Translations under genes and position numbers: made by a program
In this document: in pieces, positions 26,051-37,394 of the stretch
Layout: each line of letters begins with the position of its first letter
How positions within the stretch are numbered: the stretch's first letter is position 1
Notes under the pieces: model-generated
What the model was told of the DNA's origin: nothing
The model's input: only the letters and a program-made list of their open reading frames with translations
The model's database searches: none
Assembly: GCA_038087875.1 (NCBI GenBank)
Contig: CM075992.1
Coordinates: 11,348,001-11,412,000, forward strand
From: Malacoraja senta
Taxonomy: Eukaryota
Length of the DNA: 64,000 nucleotides
Direction of reading: 5' to 3'

Positions 26051-28421
26051 TGTATGACATTGTGGGGATTACTGAGACGTGGCTGCAGGAGGATCGGGCC
26101 TGGGAACTTAATATTCAGGGTTATACATCCTATAGAAAGGACAGGCAGATGGTCAGAAGAGGGGGGGGGTGGGGTAGCACTGCTGGTGAGGGATGGAATT
26201 CAGTCCCTTGCGAGGGAAGACATAGGGACTGACGAGGTAAAGTCACTGTGGATTGAGTTGAGGAATTGTAAAGGCAAGAAGACACTAATTGGTGTTATCT
26301 ACAGACCCCCAAATAGTAGCCCGGATGTAAGGTGTAAGTTGCAGCAGGAGTTAAAACTGGCATGTAACAAAGGTAATGCCACTGTGGTGATGGGGGATTT
26401 CAATATGCAGGTAGACTGGGAAAATCAGGTTGGTTTAGGACCCCAAGGAAGAGAGTTTGTAGAGTGCCTCCAAGATGGATTCTTCGAGCAGCTTGTAATG
26501 GAGCCGACCAGACAAAAGGCAATTCTGGATTAAGTGTTGTCCAATGAACCAGATTTGATAAGAGAACTCGAGATAAAGGAACCGCTTGGAGGTAGTGATC
26601 ATAATATGATTAGATTTAATCTGCAATTTGAGAAGGAGAATGTTAAATCGGAAGTGGCAGTGATGCAGTTGAACAAAGGGGACTATGAAGGCATGAGAGG
26701 GGAGCTGGCCAAGGTAGACTGGAAAGGGATCCTAGCAGGAATGACGGTGGAACAGCAATGGCAGGAATTTCTGGGCATAATCCGGAAGACGCAGGATCAT
26801 TTCATTCCAAAAAGGAAGAAAGATTCTAAGGGGAGTAGGAGGCAACCGTGGCTGAAAAGAAAAGTTAGGGATAGAATAAAACTAAAAGAAAAGATGTATA
26901 ACACAGCAAAGAGTAGTCGGAAGCCAGAGGATTGGGAAACTTTCATGGGACAACAGAAGGAAACAAAATGGGCAATAAGGGCTGAAAAGATGAAGTACGA
27001 GGGGAAGCTGGCCAGGACTATAAAGAAAATTTAGAAGGATAGTAAAAGCTTCTTTAGATATGTTAAGGGAAAAAGAATAACAAAGTCAAATGTGGGTCCC
27101 TTGAAGGCAGACACGGATGAAATTATTATGGGTAACAAGAACATGGCAGAAGAGTTGAACAGATACTTCGGATCTGTCTTCACTAAAGAAGACACAAACA
27201 ATCTCCCAGATGTACTGGAGGACAGAGGATCTAAGGGGTAGAGGAACTGAAAGAAATTTTCATTAGGCGAGAAATAGTATTAGGTAGGCTAATGGGACTG
27301 AAGGATGATAAATCCCCTGGGCCTGATGGTCTGCATCCCAGGGTCCTCAGGGAGGTGGCTCTAGAAATAGTAGACACATTGGTGATCATTTTCCAATGTT
27401 CAATAGATTCAGGATCAGTTCCTGTGGATTGGAGGATAGCTAATGTTATCCCACTTTTCAAGAAAGGAGCGAGAGAGAAAATGGGGAATTACAGACCAGT
27501 TAGCCTGACCGGTGTTGGGAAAGATGCTGGAGTCAATTATTAAAGAGGTAATAATGGGGTATTTGGATAGCAGTAAAATGATTAGTCCAAGTCAACATGG
27601 ATTTATGAAAGGGAAATCATGCTTGACTAATCTTCTGGAATTTTTTGAAGATGTGACAAGTAAAATGGATGAAGGGAAGTCAGTGGATGTAGTGTATCTA
27701 GACTTTCAGAAAGCCTTTGATAAGGTCCCGCACGGGAGAATGGTGACTAAAATTAGAGCACATGGTATTGGGGGTAGGGTATTGACATGGATAGAAAATT
27801 GGTTGGCAGACAGGAAGCAAAGAGTAGGAGTGAACGGGTCCTTTTCAGAATGGCAGGCAGTGGCGAGTGGAGTGCCGCAAGGCTCGGTGTTGGGGCAGCA
27901 ACTGTGTACCATATATATTAATGATTTGGAAGAGGGAATTAGGAGCAACACTCGCAAGTTTGCGGAAGACACAAAGCTGGGTGGCAGTGTGAACTGTGAA
28001 AAGGATGTTAGGAGGTTGCAGTGTGACCTGGACAGGTTGAGTGAGTGGGCAGATGCGTGGCAGATACAGTATAATATAGATAAATGTAAAGTTATCCACT
28101 TTGGCGGCAAAAACAAGGGGGCAGATTGTTATCTCAATGAGATTAGGTTAGGTAAGGGGGAGGTGCAATGAGACCTGGGTGTCCTTGTACACCAGTCACT
28201 GAAAGTTGGCGTGCAGGTACAGCAGGCAGAGAAGAAAGCTAATGGAATGTTGGCCTTCATAACAAGAGGATTTCAGTATAGGAATAAAGAGGTTCTTCTG
28301 CAGTTGCATAGGGCTCTGGTAAGACCACATCTGGAGTATTGAGTACAGTTTTGGTCTCCTAATTTGAGGAAGGACATCCTTGTGATGGCCTCCTCCTGCA
28401 CCGATTTTCTATGTTTCTATG
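26051..28421 (+). mobile_element. CR1 LINE ORF2 (EN and RT), internally deleted before the tail
   Basis: GITETW, GGGVAL, YRPP, GDFN, SDH, QHGF and GVPQGSVLG; jumps at ~28387 to the (ttctatgt)n tail. Confidence 0.95.
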
Positions 28422-28760
28422 TCTATTTCCTGTGATGGAGAAGGTGAGATCAAAAGAGGGGAGGGAGGTGTCGGAGATGGTCCAAGTGAATTTGTGTGCA
28501 GGATGGAAATTGGTGGTGAAGTTGATGAAGTCCATGAGTTCTGCATGGGTGCAGGAGGTAGCACAGAGACAGAGTTCAGGGATAGGGCCCGTGTACGCCT
28601 GCAACAGGGATTGTTCAATGTACTCTACAAAGAGGCAGGCATAGCTGAGGCCCATGGGGTTTCCCCTAGCTACGCCTTGGACTTGGTGGAAGGGGAGGAG
28701 TCGAAGGAGAAGTTGTTGAGTGTGAGGACCATCTCCGCTAGGCGAAGTAGAGTGTTAGTC
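28422..28760 (-). mobile_element. Penelope-like RT fragment
   Basis: MGLSYACLFVEYIEQSLLQAYTGP. Confidence 0.85.
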
Positions 28761-28827
28761 TACTAACACTCTACTCCGTCTAGCGTATCATAGCCTATAT
28801 CTCTTGTTTCTCTTACCCCAAACTAAT

Positions 28828-28855
28828 CTGAAGAAGGGTCTTGACCCGAAACGTC
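28828..28855 (+). ncRNA. Minimal type I hammerhead ribozyme core (best-preserved copy)
   Basis: CTGAAGA-A-GGGT(cttg)ACCC-GAAA-CG-TC; predicted cleavage after C28855; helix I pairing is weak. Confidence 0.65.
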
Positions 28856-29687
28856 ACCCATTCCTTCTCTCCAGAGATGCTCCTGTCCCGCCGTGTTATT
28901 CCAGCTTTTTGTGCCAATCTTTGGAGTTTAATGCAGATTGGTGTGAGTTGTTGCACTTTGAGAAGTCAAAGTCAGGCAGAACTTGGATAGTTGCCTAAAT
29001 ATAGTTCCCTATAAGTGGCATCATAGGTAGATAGGGTGGTCAAGAAGGTTTTTGGTCCATTTAACTTCATCAGTCAGGATACTGATGGTTGAGAAGTTAT
29101 GTTACAGTTGTACATTGGTGAGGCTGCACTTGTAATATTGTCCCATTTTCACCAGAGATGCTGCCTGACCCACTGAGTTACTCAAGCATTTGTTGTCTTT
29201 GGTATAATGGAATGGAATACTTTATTGTCACATGTGACAAGGCACAGTGACATTCTTTGCTGTGTACCCAATGTATACAAATAGCAGCCACCTACAGCGC
29301 TGACAAAGTTACAAAGCACACCGGCTCCTCCTTTTGCTCTCCCCCCCCCCCTCCACAGTGGGCCCCCCCATGCCGGGTCCTCCATTGTTCTTCCCCTCCC
29401 CCCACACAGTGGTCCTCCACGCTCTCATCAACCGTCGACCGCGGGTCACCGCCGCCGCGAGGCTTCACTGCCGCTGCGGCCCCATCATCACGAGGCTTCA
29501 CCGCTGCTGCCGTTTCACCGCCGCTGAGGCCTCACCGCTGTCGATGCCCCACTTCACGCTTCTGTGGTGCCGACCCAGGCCCCAGCCGTGGGCTCCGTCA
29601 GCTTCTACGCGGCCATCCGGGAGGCATCGAGACAGCTGCGCCTCAATAAACGCCTCCAGCAGCATTCCCAGCCCACAGCCATGGTCC

Positions 29688-29795
29688 ATCGGGAAGCCTC
29701 TGACCCACCGGGAAGCCTCTGGCCCGTCGGGAAGCCTCTGGCCCATCGGGAAGCCTCTGGCCCATCGGGAAGCCTCTGGCCCGTCGGGAAGCCAG
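29688..29795 (+). repeat. 20-bp minisatellite cgggaagcctctggccc(a/g)t
   Basis: About 5 units here versus about 2 at 40760-40795. Confidence 0.85.
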
Positions 29796-31448
29796 GTAAA
29801 CCAGCATCTGATTTACTTTTTATTACATTTGGAGATCTGTTCAGTTTTGGTCACCCTGCTATAAAAAGGATATCAGTAAGCTGGAAAGAGTGCAGAGAAG
29901 ATTTACAATGATGTTGCCAGGACTTGAGGGGCTGAGCTATAGGGATAGGTTGGGCAGGCTAGGACTTTATTCCTTGGAGTGCAGGTGGCTGAGAGGTGAT
30001 CTCATGATATGTGTAGGAAAAAACAGCAGATGCTGGTTTAAATCGAAGATAGACACACAAAGCTGGAGTAACTCAGCGGGACAGGCAGCATTTTTGGAGA
30101 GAAGGAATGGGTCAAGATTCTTCATCAGATCTTATGATAGGTGTATAAAACCATGAGTGGAATAGTTAGGATCAATGTGTAGTCTTTTACTCAGCGTAGG
30201 GGAATCAAAAACCAGAGGACTTAAGGTTAAGTTGAGAGGGGCAAGGTTTTACACAAACCCTGAGGGGCAACATTTTCACCCAGAAGGTGGTGGATACATG
30301 AATGAGCTGCCAGAGGAGGTAGATGTGGAAGGTACTATAACAACATTTAAAAGGCACTTGGACAGGTACAGGCCTTTATCAGTGCTATATGACCCCATGA
30401 CTTGAACACTAAATGGCCATGGAAACTGTGTCGCTCTCCCCACCAACTCGCACCCATTCACCAAGCCCTCCTTGTTTACTAGTTTGCGTTTCTAGTTTCC
30501 ATCTGTTGCTTAATTTGCATCTGAAACATTTCTCCAAATATCATTTGTTTCCTGGACGTGAAAAGGCCTTTGTTCAGTCATTTGTTCTTCCTGTTAAAAA
30601 TACAGCAGAATTAATCCATGAAATACATCGATTGCAATCTGTAAAGTCTGCAGGAGCAAGAGTGAATTATTTAGAAATGACTACAGACTTTATCCTCCAC
30701 TTCAGCATCATTCAACGTGGCAGCATTGAGCTGTGTGGTGGAATGAGGGCTGGAAATGGAAACACAGCATCATTGCTGTTGGACTCAAACATGTCACATT
30801 GGACACTGGTCTCTGTGCTCTGGAACTATAACAGGCAGACAGTAAATGGGGCATTGGCTGCTGTACACATAAATACAGCACGACAACAGGCTCTGTGGTC
30901 CATGTTCCATTTGCTCATGCCTGGCATATATCCCTCTACACCTTTCCTATCCACGTACCGGACCAAACGACATTTAACTGTCGTAATTGTACTCCCATAT
31001 ACCACCTCCTCTGGTTGTTTGTTCCATGAATCCAGTACACTCTGTGTGTGAAAGGTTCCATTTAACTCTTTCCCTGCTCACGTTGGAACATAGAACAGTA
31101 CAGCACAGAAACAGTCCCTTAGTCCACAATATCTGCACCAAACATGATGCCAAGTCAAACTAATCTCATCTGCCTGCACGTTGTCCATATCCCTCCATTC
31201 CCTGCATATCTCTGTGCCTGTCTAAAAGACGCTTAAACACCACTATCGCATTGAATGTCTACCCTATCAATACTTCGGAGTCACGTGAGTGACTACGTGA
31301 AGAACCCGCTCAGTGCGCAGGCGCGGCATTTACGCCTGCAGTGCAACAGCGGCGGCAGCTGGAGGAAGGCTCTCTGGCTGCATTTAAAAAAAACAAAAAC
31401 AACGGACCGTTGGGTGAGTATATTCAACTAGTCTAACGGAGAAAGAGA

Positions 31449-32717
31449 GTGTGGGTGTTCTTAGAAAATAAGTACACTCAAGAGAAGACTCTCCAACAGA
31501 ACTGCCCCAGCTCAACTCCACCAGAGGAGCGTTTAATCTCAGGGGGGCAGCAACAGGTGGCAGGACCGCTCATAGAGCGCTCCGCTATCCCCGAGACCGA
31601 GCCGAGCCCAGTCCCGCTAATGCCTGCACAGCGGACAGGGAGGAATGCCATGAGCAAAAGCAACCGGCCGGTAATTTCCGATTCGTCGGAGGGGGACATG
31701 TCTCCACCTAAACGGAGGAGAGACAGCCGCCAGAGCTTACAACAGCTCTTGGAGCAGATGCTCCAGCGGGATACGCAGAAGGAGCGTTCTCGCGGAGGTA
31801 GGTCAGGCACCTCCTCCACAGTGTCTTGTGCACTGCCCTCTGCTCCCTCATTACTGGAGGCTAGCATTGGTGACCAGGGTTGGGCTGGTCTGGAACAGGG
31901 GCTGGCGGAAGAATTCGGCAGTATGCAAGGGGTGCAGGAGCAGGAAGAGCTGCTGGGTGTGGTGGACCGCTATGTAGCAACCCCACGTGCTGGAAGACTG
32001 CTGGAACCAAAAATGGCGGCCAGCATCAATCATCTGTCAAATAAGCCCTTGCAGGAGAAGGTACTTCTTGAGGCGCTTGAATTTTACACAGCACCAGAGA
32101 ACTGTGAGGCCCTCAGAGTGAAGACTGTGAACAGCCAGATCTGGGGGCACGTGGGGTCAAACACGCGTAACCATGAAATCAAGCTACAGCGGATCCTAAG
32201 GCTCCTGACGTCGGCCATTACAGCCTTTGCTCGTTCTGTGCAAAGTACGGAGATGGATACGTGCCAGCAGGATGTGCTGGCACTGATGTGCAACACACAA
32301 TTTGAGATAAACAATCTCCGGCGAGGAAACATAAGACCTGCCCTCAATCCCAAATTTGCTGGGTTGTGCAGAGCCCCAGCTGCAGAGACGGACGCTCTGT
32401 TATTTGGGAAAGACCTCAACAAAAAACTGAGGGACATGGAGGAAGCAGCGAAATCTTTCGGCCTCATGAGGGCAGGCCCTGGGACGAGCAAACCAAGAGC
32501 TACAATACCCAAGCAGCAGCACCCCATGGCATCCACCAGTCGACGTCCTCAATATGGGACTGGTGAAAGCTCGGGGACCGCATTTTATCCCCAAAGATCT
32601 TTTTTAGATCAGGGCCCACAGCGGACCCCATGGAAAATGCGCCACCCCCCAACATCGCCAGCACGTCAGACAAGCAAAACCTACAAAAACATCAGGAAAC
32701 AAAAGAAACACCAATGA
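31449..32717 (+). CDS. DIRS ORF1 (gag-like), open 422 codons; true start uncertain
   Basis: PENCEAL.VKTVNSQIW and LLFGKDL motifs; the stop overlaps the next ATG (ATGA at 32714-32717). Confidence 0.8.
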   Translation: MWVFLENKYTQEKTLQQNCPSSTPPEERLISGGQQQVAGPLIERSAIPETEPSPVPLMPAQRTGRNAMSKSNRPVISDSSEGDMSPPKRRRDSRQSLQQLLEQMLQRDTQKERSRGGRSGTSSTVSCALPSAPSLLEASIGDQGWAGLEQGLAEEFGSMQGVQEQEELLGVVDRYVATPRAGRLLEPKMAASINHLSNKPLQEKVLLEALEFYTAPENCEALRVKTVNSQIWGHVGSNTRNHEIKLQRILRLLTSAITAFARSVQSTEMDTCQQDVLALMCNTQFEINNLRRGNIRPALNPKFAGLCRAPAAETDALLFGKDLNKKLRDMEEAAKSFGLMRAGPGTSKPRATIPKQQHPMASTSRRPQYGTGESSGTAFYPQRSFLDQGPQRTPWKMRHPPTSPARQTSKTYKNIRKQKKHQ

Positions 32718-34537
32718 ACATGGAGGTAGGTGGGTCTGGTTCCTGCCAGCATATAGAGAATAAGGGTGCTTTACTAACAGGGGGGAGATTACACTGGTTT
32801 AAAGAAGCATGGGTTACTGTCACATGTGACAAGTATATACTCAACAGCATTAGTGGAGAGGTCATCCAAAAGACCAAACATGAACCTTTGGAATTTGTAT
32901 CAAATAAAACCAAAAAAGATGGTGGATGTCGCATCATCATTGACTTAACATCACTAAATAAGTTTGTTGAGTATATACATTTCAAAATGGAGACATTAGT
33001 TACTGCCAAACAACTGATTTCCAAAGGATACTTCATGGCAAGCATTGATCTTAAAGATGCTTACTATCTAATACCCATACACAAGGATCATTGCAGATAC
33101 CTAAAATTTATCTGGTTGGGGCAGCTGAGGCAGTACAAAGCATTGCCCAATGGGCTAACTTCAGCCCCAAGATTATTCATCAAAATATTGAAAATAGCCA
33201 TGTCAAGACTAAGAAACAAAAACATATTGTCATGGCATACCTGGATGATATTCAGATAGTAGGGAAAATGATGGAATTGGCTGTGGCAGCAGTATCAGCT
33301 ACAAAACAGCTCCTCGAAACTCTGGGGTTCGTCCTACATCCAGATAAATCTAAGTTGAAGCCATCCACTATTATGGACTACCTGGGCTTCACAATTAACT
33401 CAGTCCATATGACTGTTACCTTGCCAAAAGGGAAAAAAAAAAAAAAAAAAAAAAAAATTGCATTAGCACAATCATGCAACTATTTAATGGTCAACAAACG
33501 ACCAACTATTCGACAAGTCCCAAGAGTGATTGGGAAAATGGTAGCAGCATTTCCAGCTACACAATGCGGACCTTTGCACTATCAAAATTTACAAACAGCA
33601 AAGGTACAGGCACTAAAACGACATACAGGTCACGATGTTCGTGTCATGTAATTACCCACTGAAGCAATATCAGCTACAGTGGTGGGCAGAAAATGTTTGG
33701 CATAGTTTCAGCTCTATCATCATCACTAACCTTACTTTAGTTCTTCAAACAGATGCCAGTGTTCAAGGCTGGGGAGCAACTAACTCCATATCCAGCACAG
33801 GTGGTAGATGGACTAACCTAGAGTCATCATTACTACTGACACTGGGCATTAACTATCTAGAGATGTTGGGCGCCTTTTATGGGTTAAAAGCATATGTATC
33901 TAATATGCAGCACTTGCATGTTCGGTTACAGATTGATAATACTATGGTGGTGGCTTATATTAACCATATTGGCGGCATAAAATCATTATCATGCGACAAA
34001 TTGGTCAACGTGATTTGGCTATGGTGTGTCGAAAGACATATTTGGCTATCAGCTACTTATCTACCAGGTAAGCTAAACACAGTGGCAGACACCAGGTCAC
34101 GCCAATTCAATGATAACATCGAATGGATGTTAAACCCTAAAGTATTTGCTAAAGTTATTAAGCAGTATGGAACGCCAGATATCGATGTATTTGCATCAAG
34201 ACGAAATCACCAGTTACCTATATATGTCGCTTGGGAACCAGACCCAGAGGCAGCAGCGATAGATGCCTTCACGCTGGATTGGGGAAATGTCTTCTTCTAT
34301 GCTTTCCCTCCCTTCTGCCTCATCAGTCGGGTACTTCGCAAAATACAGATGGACTCTGCTTCTGGAATTTTGATGGTGCCCGACTGGCCTACACAGCCAT
34401 GGTTCCCGGTTCTACATGACATGGTGGTTGAGTCACCAATGGTCTTTCCCAGTGATCCAGGATTATTAACTCACCCAGTATCAGGCATAAGCCACCCATG
34501 CCATGAGAAAATTAAACTCCTGGGTTGCAGGTTTTGA
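32714..34537 (+). pseudogene. DIRS pol: RT, RNase H and C-terminal DNA adenine methyltransferase-like domain (frameshifted)
   Basis: IDLKDAY, LPNGLTSAP and YLDD; LQTDASVQGWG, INYLE, QIDNT and ADTRSR; IDVFASRRN and YAFPPF. Confidence 0.9.
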
Positions 34538-35506
34538 ATAGACCTTACCTGGAACTGGGATTGTCCGAACGAACCATCACCACCATGTCGGCATCCCTTT
34601 GAACATCCACCAAGAGGCAGTACTTAATCAGCATAAGAAAATGGGAGAAGTACTGCCAGGAAACAGGGACAACGTATACAACAGCCACAGCCACCAACGT
34701 ACTGGAATTCCTGGCCCATCTACACCATGATGAAGGGATCAGTTACAGTGCCATCAACACAGCGCGAAGTGCTCTTTCTGCTTATCTCAAACCAGCAGGA
34801 CAACAGGCAATGGGATCCCATCCACTGGTGGTAAAACTGATGAAGGGCATTTATGATATCAAGCCCCTAAACCCAGGTATACCCATATTTGGGATATCAG
34901 TGTGGTCCTGACATACCTCAGGGAATGGCCACCAGCCAGATCCCTCAGCCTCGAGCAATCTACACTAAAGACGCTCATGTTGATGGCACTCGTATCCGCT
35001 CAGAGGGTCCAGTCACTACACAAGTTAAGGCTGGACAACATGGTGACCACCCCAGATCAGATCACATTCATCATACAGGGTCTGGTGAAGCAAAGCAGGC
35101 CAGGAACAGCTAATCCACTGGTGGTATTCCGGGCCTACCCACAAGAGCCACGGTTGTGTGTCGTGACCCATCTACAACATTACATAGACACAACCCACAA
35201 TATTAGAGGGAGTGAAAAAGCCTTATGGGTCAGCCACAAGTAACCTCATGGCCGGGTAACGAGCCAAACCATTTCAAGATGGCTCAAACAGGTACTGAAG
35301 GCTGCCGGAATAGATACTAATACATTTAAATCTCATTCCACTAGGGCAGCATCTACATCAACGGCCGACAGAATGGACGTACCGGTTGACCATATTCTGA
35401 ATACAGCAGGATGGTCGAGGGAAACGACATTCAGAACTTTTATAATAAGCCGTTGATGAAACCTGATTTATTTGCAGAGAAAATATTACAAGCTGCAAAT
35501 ATTTAA
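34531..35506 (+). pseudogene. DIRS tyrosine recombinase (stops and frameshifts)
   Basis: SYSAINTARSALS, ALVSAQRVQSL (R), FKSHSTRAAS (HxxR), TAGWS (W), and YNKP (Y) after a 1-nt frameshift. Confidence 0.9.
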
Positions 35507-36019
35507 TTTAAGCCCGGGGGAGCTATTTAATTTTGTTATTGTTAATAAATACCTTTTTTGTTTCTTGAGAAACAGATTCATTGGTTGATTACGATAACAC
35601 TTCCTCCCTCAAGAACTTTCGGCAGTGAGTGAAATAAAACTGTTACACGGTTTGAAATCACAGAGCTTTGAAATCTTCACGTAGTCACTCACGTGACTCC
35701 GAAGTAAAATAGTAAGATTAAACGAGAACTTACCAGTTTGAAGTTTGATCTGTATTTTATGAGGAGTTACGATGAGGGATTACGTGCCCTCCGCTCCCAC
35801 CCTCATTATATGGATCAAACTAATAAATTGATGTCTCCTTTTCTTTACTATGTTTACTTCAAATACTTGTGTCTATCTGTGATTCCACACCGCTGCTTGG
35901 AAGTATGCCGCGCCTGCGCACTGAGCGGGTTCTTCACGTAATCCCTCATCGTAACTCCTCATAAAATACAGATCAAACTTCAAACTGGTAAGTTCTCATT
36001 TAATCTTACTATTTTATAT

Positions 36020-36990
36020 ACTTTTATCAGTTCTCCCCACAACCTCCAGTACTTGAAAGAAAATGATCCCAATCAGTCCAATCTATCCTTGTTATTAATA
36101 CCTCCTGGTTCATGGCAGAATTTGAACACTTAGACTCCTCCACCCTGGGAAAATGAATGCGATCACAAATCTTATCTATGCCCCTCATGATTTAATAAAC
36201 CTCTGTAAGGTCACCCCTTAGCCTCCTTCACTCCAAGAAAAAACATCCCTGACCTATCCAGGCTCTCCGTATATCTCGGACCTTCCTGTCCCAGTAACAT
36301 CCTTGTGAAGCTTCTGTAGCCTCTCTACCTTAGTCACATCTGTCCTGCAGCATCCGCGCACTATGCGGTCCCACCAATGCTCTATACAGATGTAACATGA
36401 TGTCCCAACACTTGTAAAAGAGTGGTCTCCAGCACTTTGTCTACCCAAGTCATCATATTCAGGGAAGTACGTATTTGTACCCCAAGGTCTCTCTATTCTA
36501 CAACACACTGTAAATGACAGGGCCTTGGCGACGAAGTTTTGCCCTGGTTTAACTTCACTAAAGTCTATACTCCCACTTGTCAGTGTAAACTTCCAGCTTC
36601 CATTCCTTTGTCCACTTTCCCAGTTGATCCAGATCTTGTTGTAACCTTCAATAAACATCTTCACTGTCCATCACAACAACAATTTTCGTATCATCCACAA
36701 GCTCATGCCACCTATGTTCTCATCCAAATTGTCAATGTATAAGACAAGCAGGGGACCCAGCACCAGTCTCTGTAGCACACCACTGGTCACTGGATTCCAA
36801 TCTGAAACACAACCCTCCATCCAACCTTCTGACCCTGACCACCAAGCCAATGTTATATCCACCTGGCCTGCTCACCCTGGATCCCATGTGATCTCATCTT
36901 CCTGATCTATCTACCATACGGAACCAAGACAAAGGCCTTGTTAAAGTCCATGAAAACGTCTGCTTCACTGACTACGTTATCGTCTTGGTC
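36020..36990 (-). mobile_element. Old CR1 fragment (duplicated at ~43150-44450)
   Basis: PVTSGVLQRLVLGPLL. Confidence 0.75.
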
Positions 36991-36997
36991 GCCTCTT

Positions 36998-37315
36998 CTT
37001 TTAACCTTTAGATTTACAGATACAGTGTGGTAACTGGCCCTTTGGCCCATCGAGTCCGTGCAGACCAGCGATCACCCTGTACTCTCACACTACCTGACAC
37101 ACGAGGTTCAATTTACAATTTTACCTAAGCCAATTAACCTACAAACCTGTACATCTTTGGAATGTCGGAAGAAACAAGAGCACCAGGAGAAAACCCATGT
37201 GGTCACAGGGAGATGGCACAAACTCCGTACAGCCAGTTATGGCACAGTCAAGGTCGATCGCGGGTCTCTGCCGCTGTAAGGCAGCAGCTCTGCCGACACT
37301 TCACTGTGCCATCCC
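36998..37315 (-). mobile_element. V-SINE (paralog at ~44458-44775)
   Basis: Reverse-complement tRNA head and CR1 tail. Confidence 0.8.
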
Positions 37316-37394
37316 AGCACTTCAAGAAGCTTATTACATCATGTGAGACACGATTTACCATGTTGACTACCTTCATCAGTCCATCTCTTTATGC

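Larger units (their letters stand above)
31271..36015 (+). mobile_element. DIRS1-type retrotransposon, full length, better preserved (copy B)
   Basis: 5' TACTTCGGAGTCACGTGAG and 3' CTTACTATTTT; ITR ~31295-31329 / 35906-35940; ICR 35674-35786; gag, RT/RNase H/MT and YR ORFs. Confidence 0.97.

Noticed and set aside
25205..28421. Head-to-head CR1 segments as a twin-priming inversion
   Set aside because: Both arms cover the same EN/linker region with clearly different sequence, so they are two different copies.
29688..29795. CRISPR-like array (also 46740-46830 and 50688-50912)
   Set aside because: Tandem units without unique spacers, no cas genes, eukaryotic context.
30413..31051. 212-aa plus-strand ORF with a paralog at 42649-43083
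   Set aside because: Differences between the copies are mostly nonsynonymous and include a stop; the ORF runs into CR1 sequence; no recognisable domain.
33433..33457. A25 run giving poly-Lys in DIRS pol
   Set aside because: Copy A has only a short A run here; homopolymer expansion or sequencing error.
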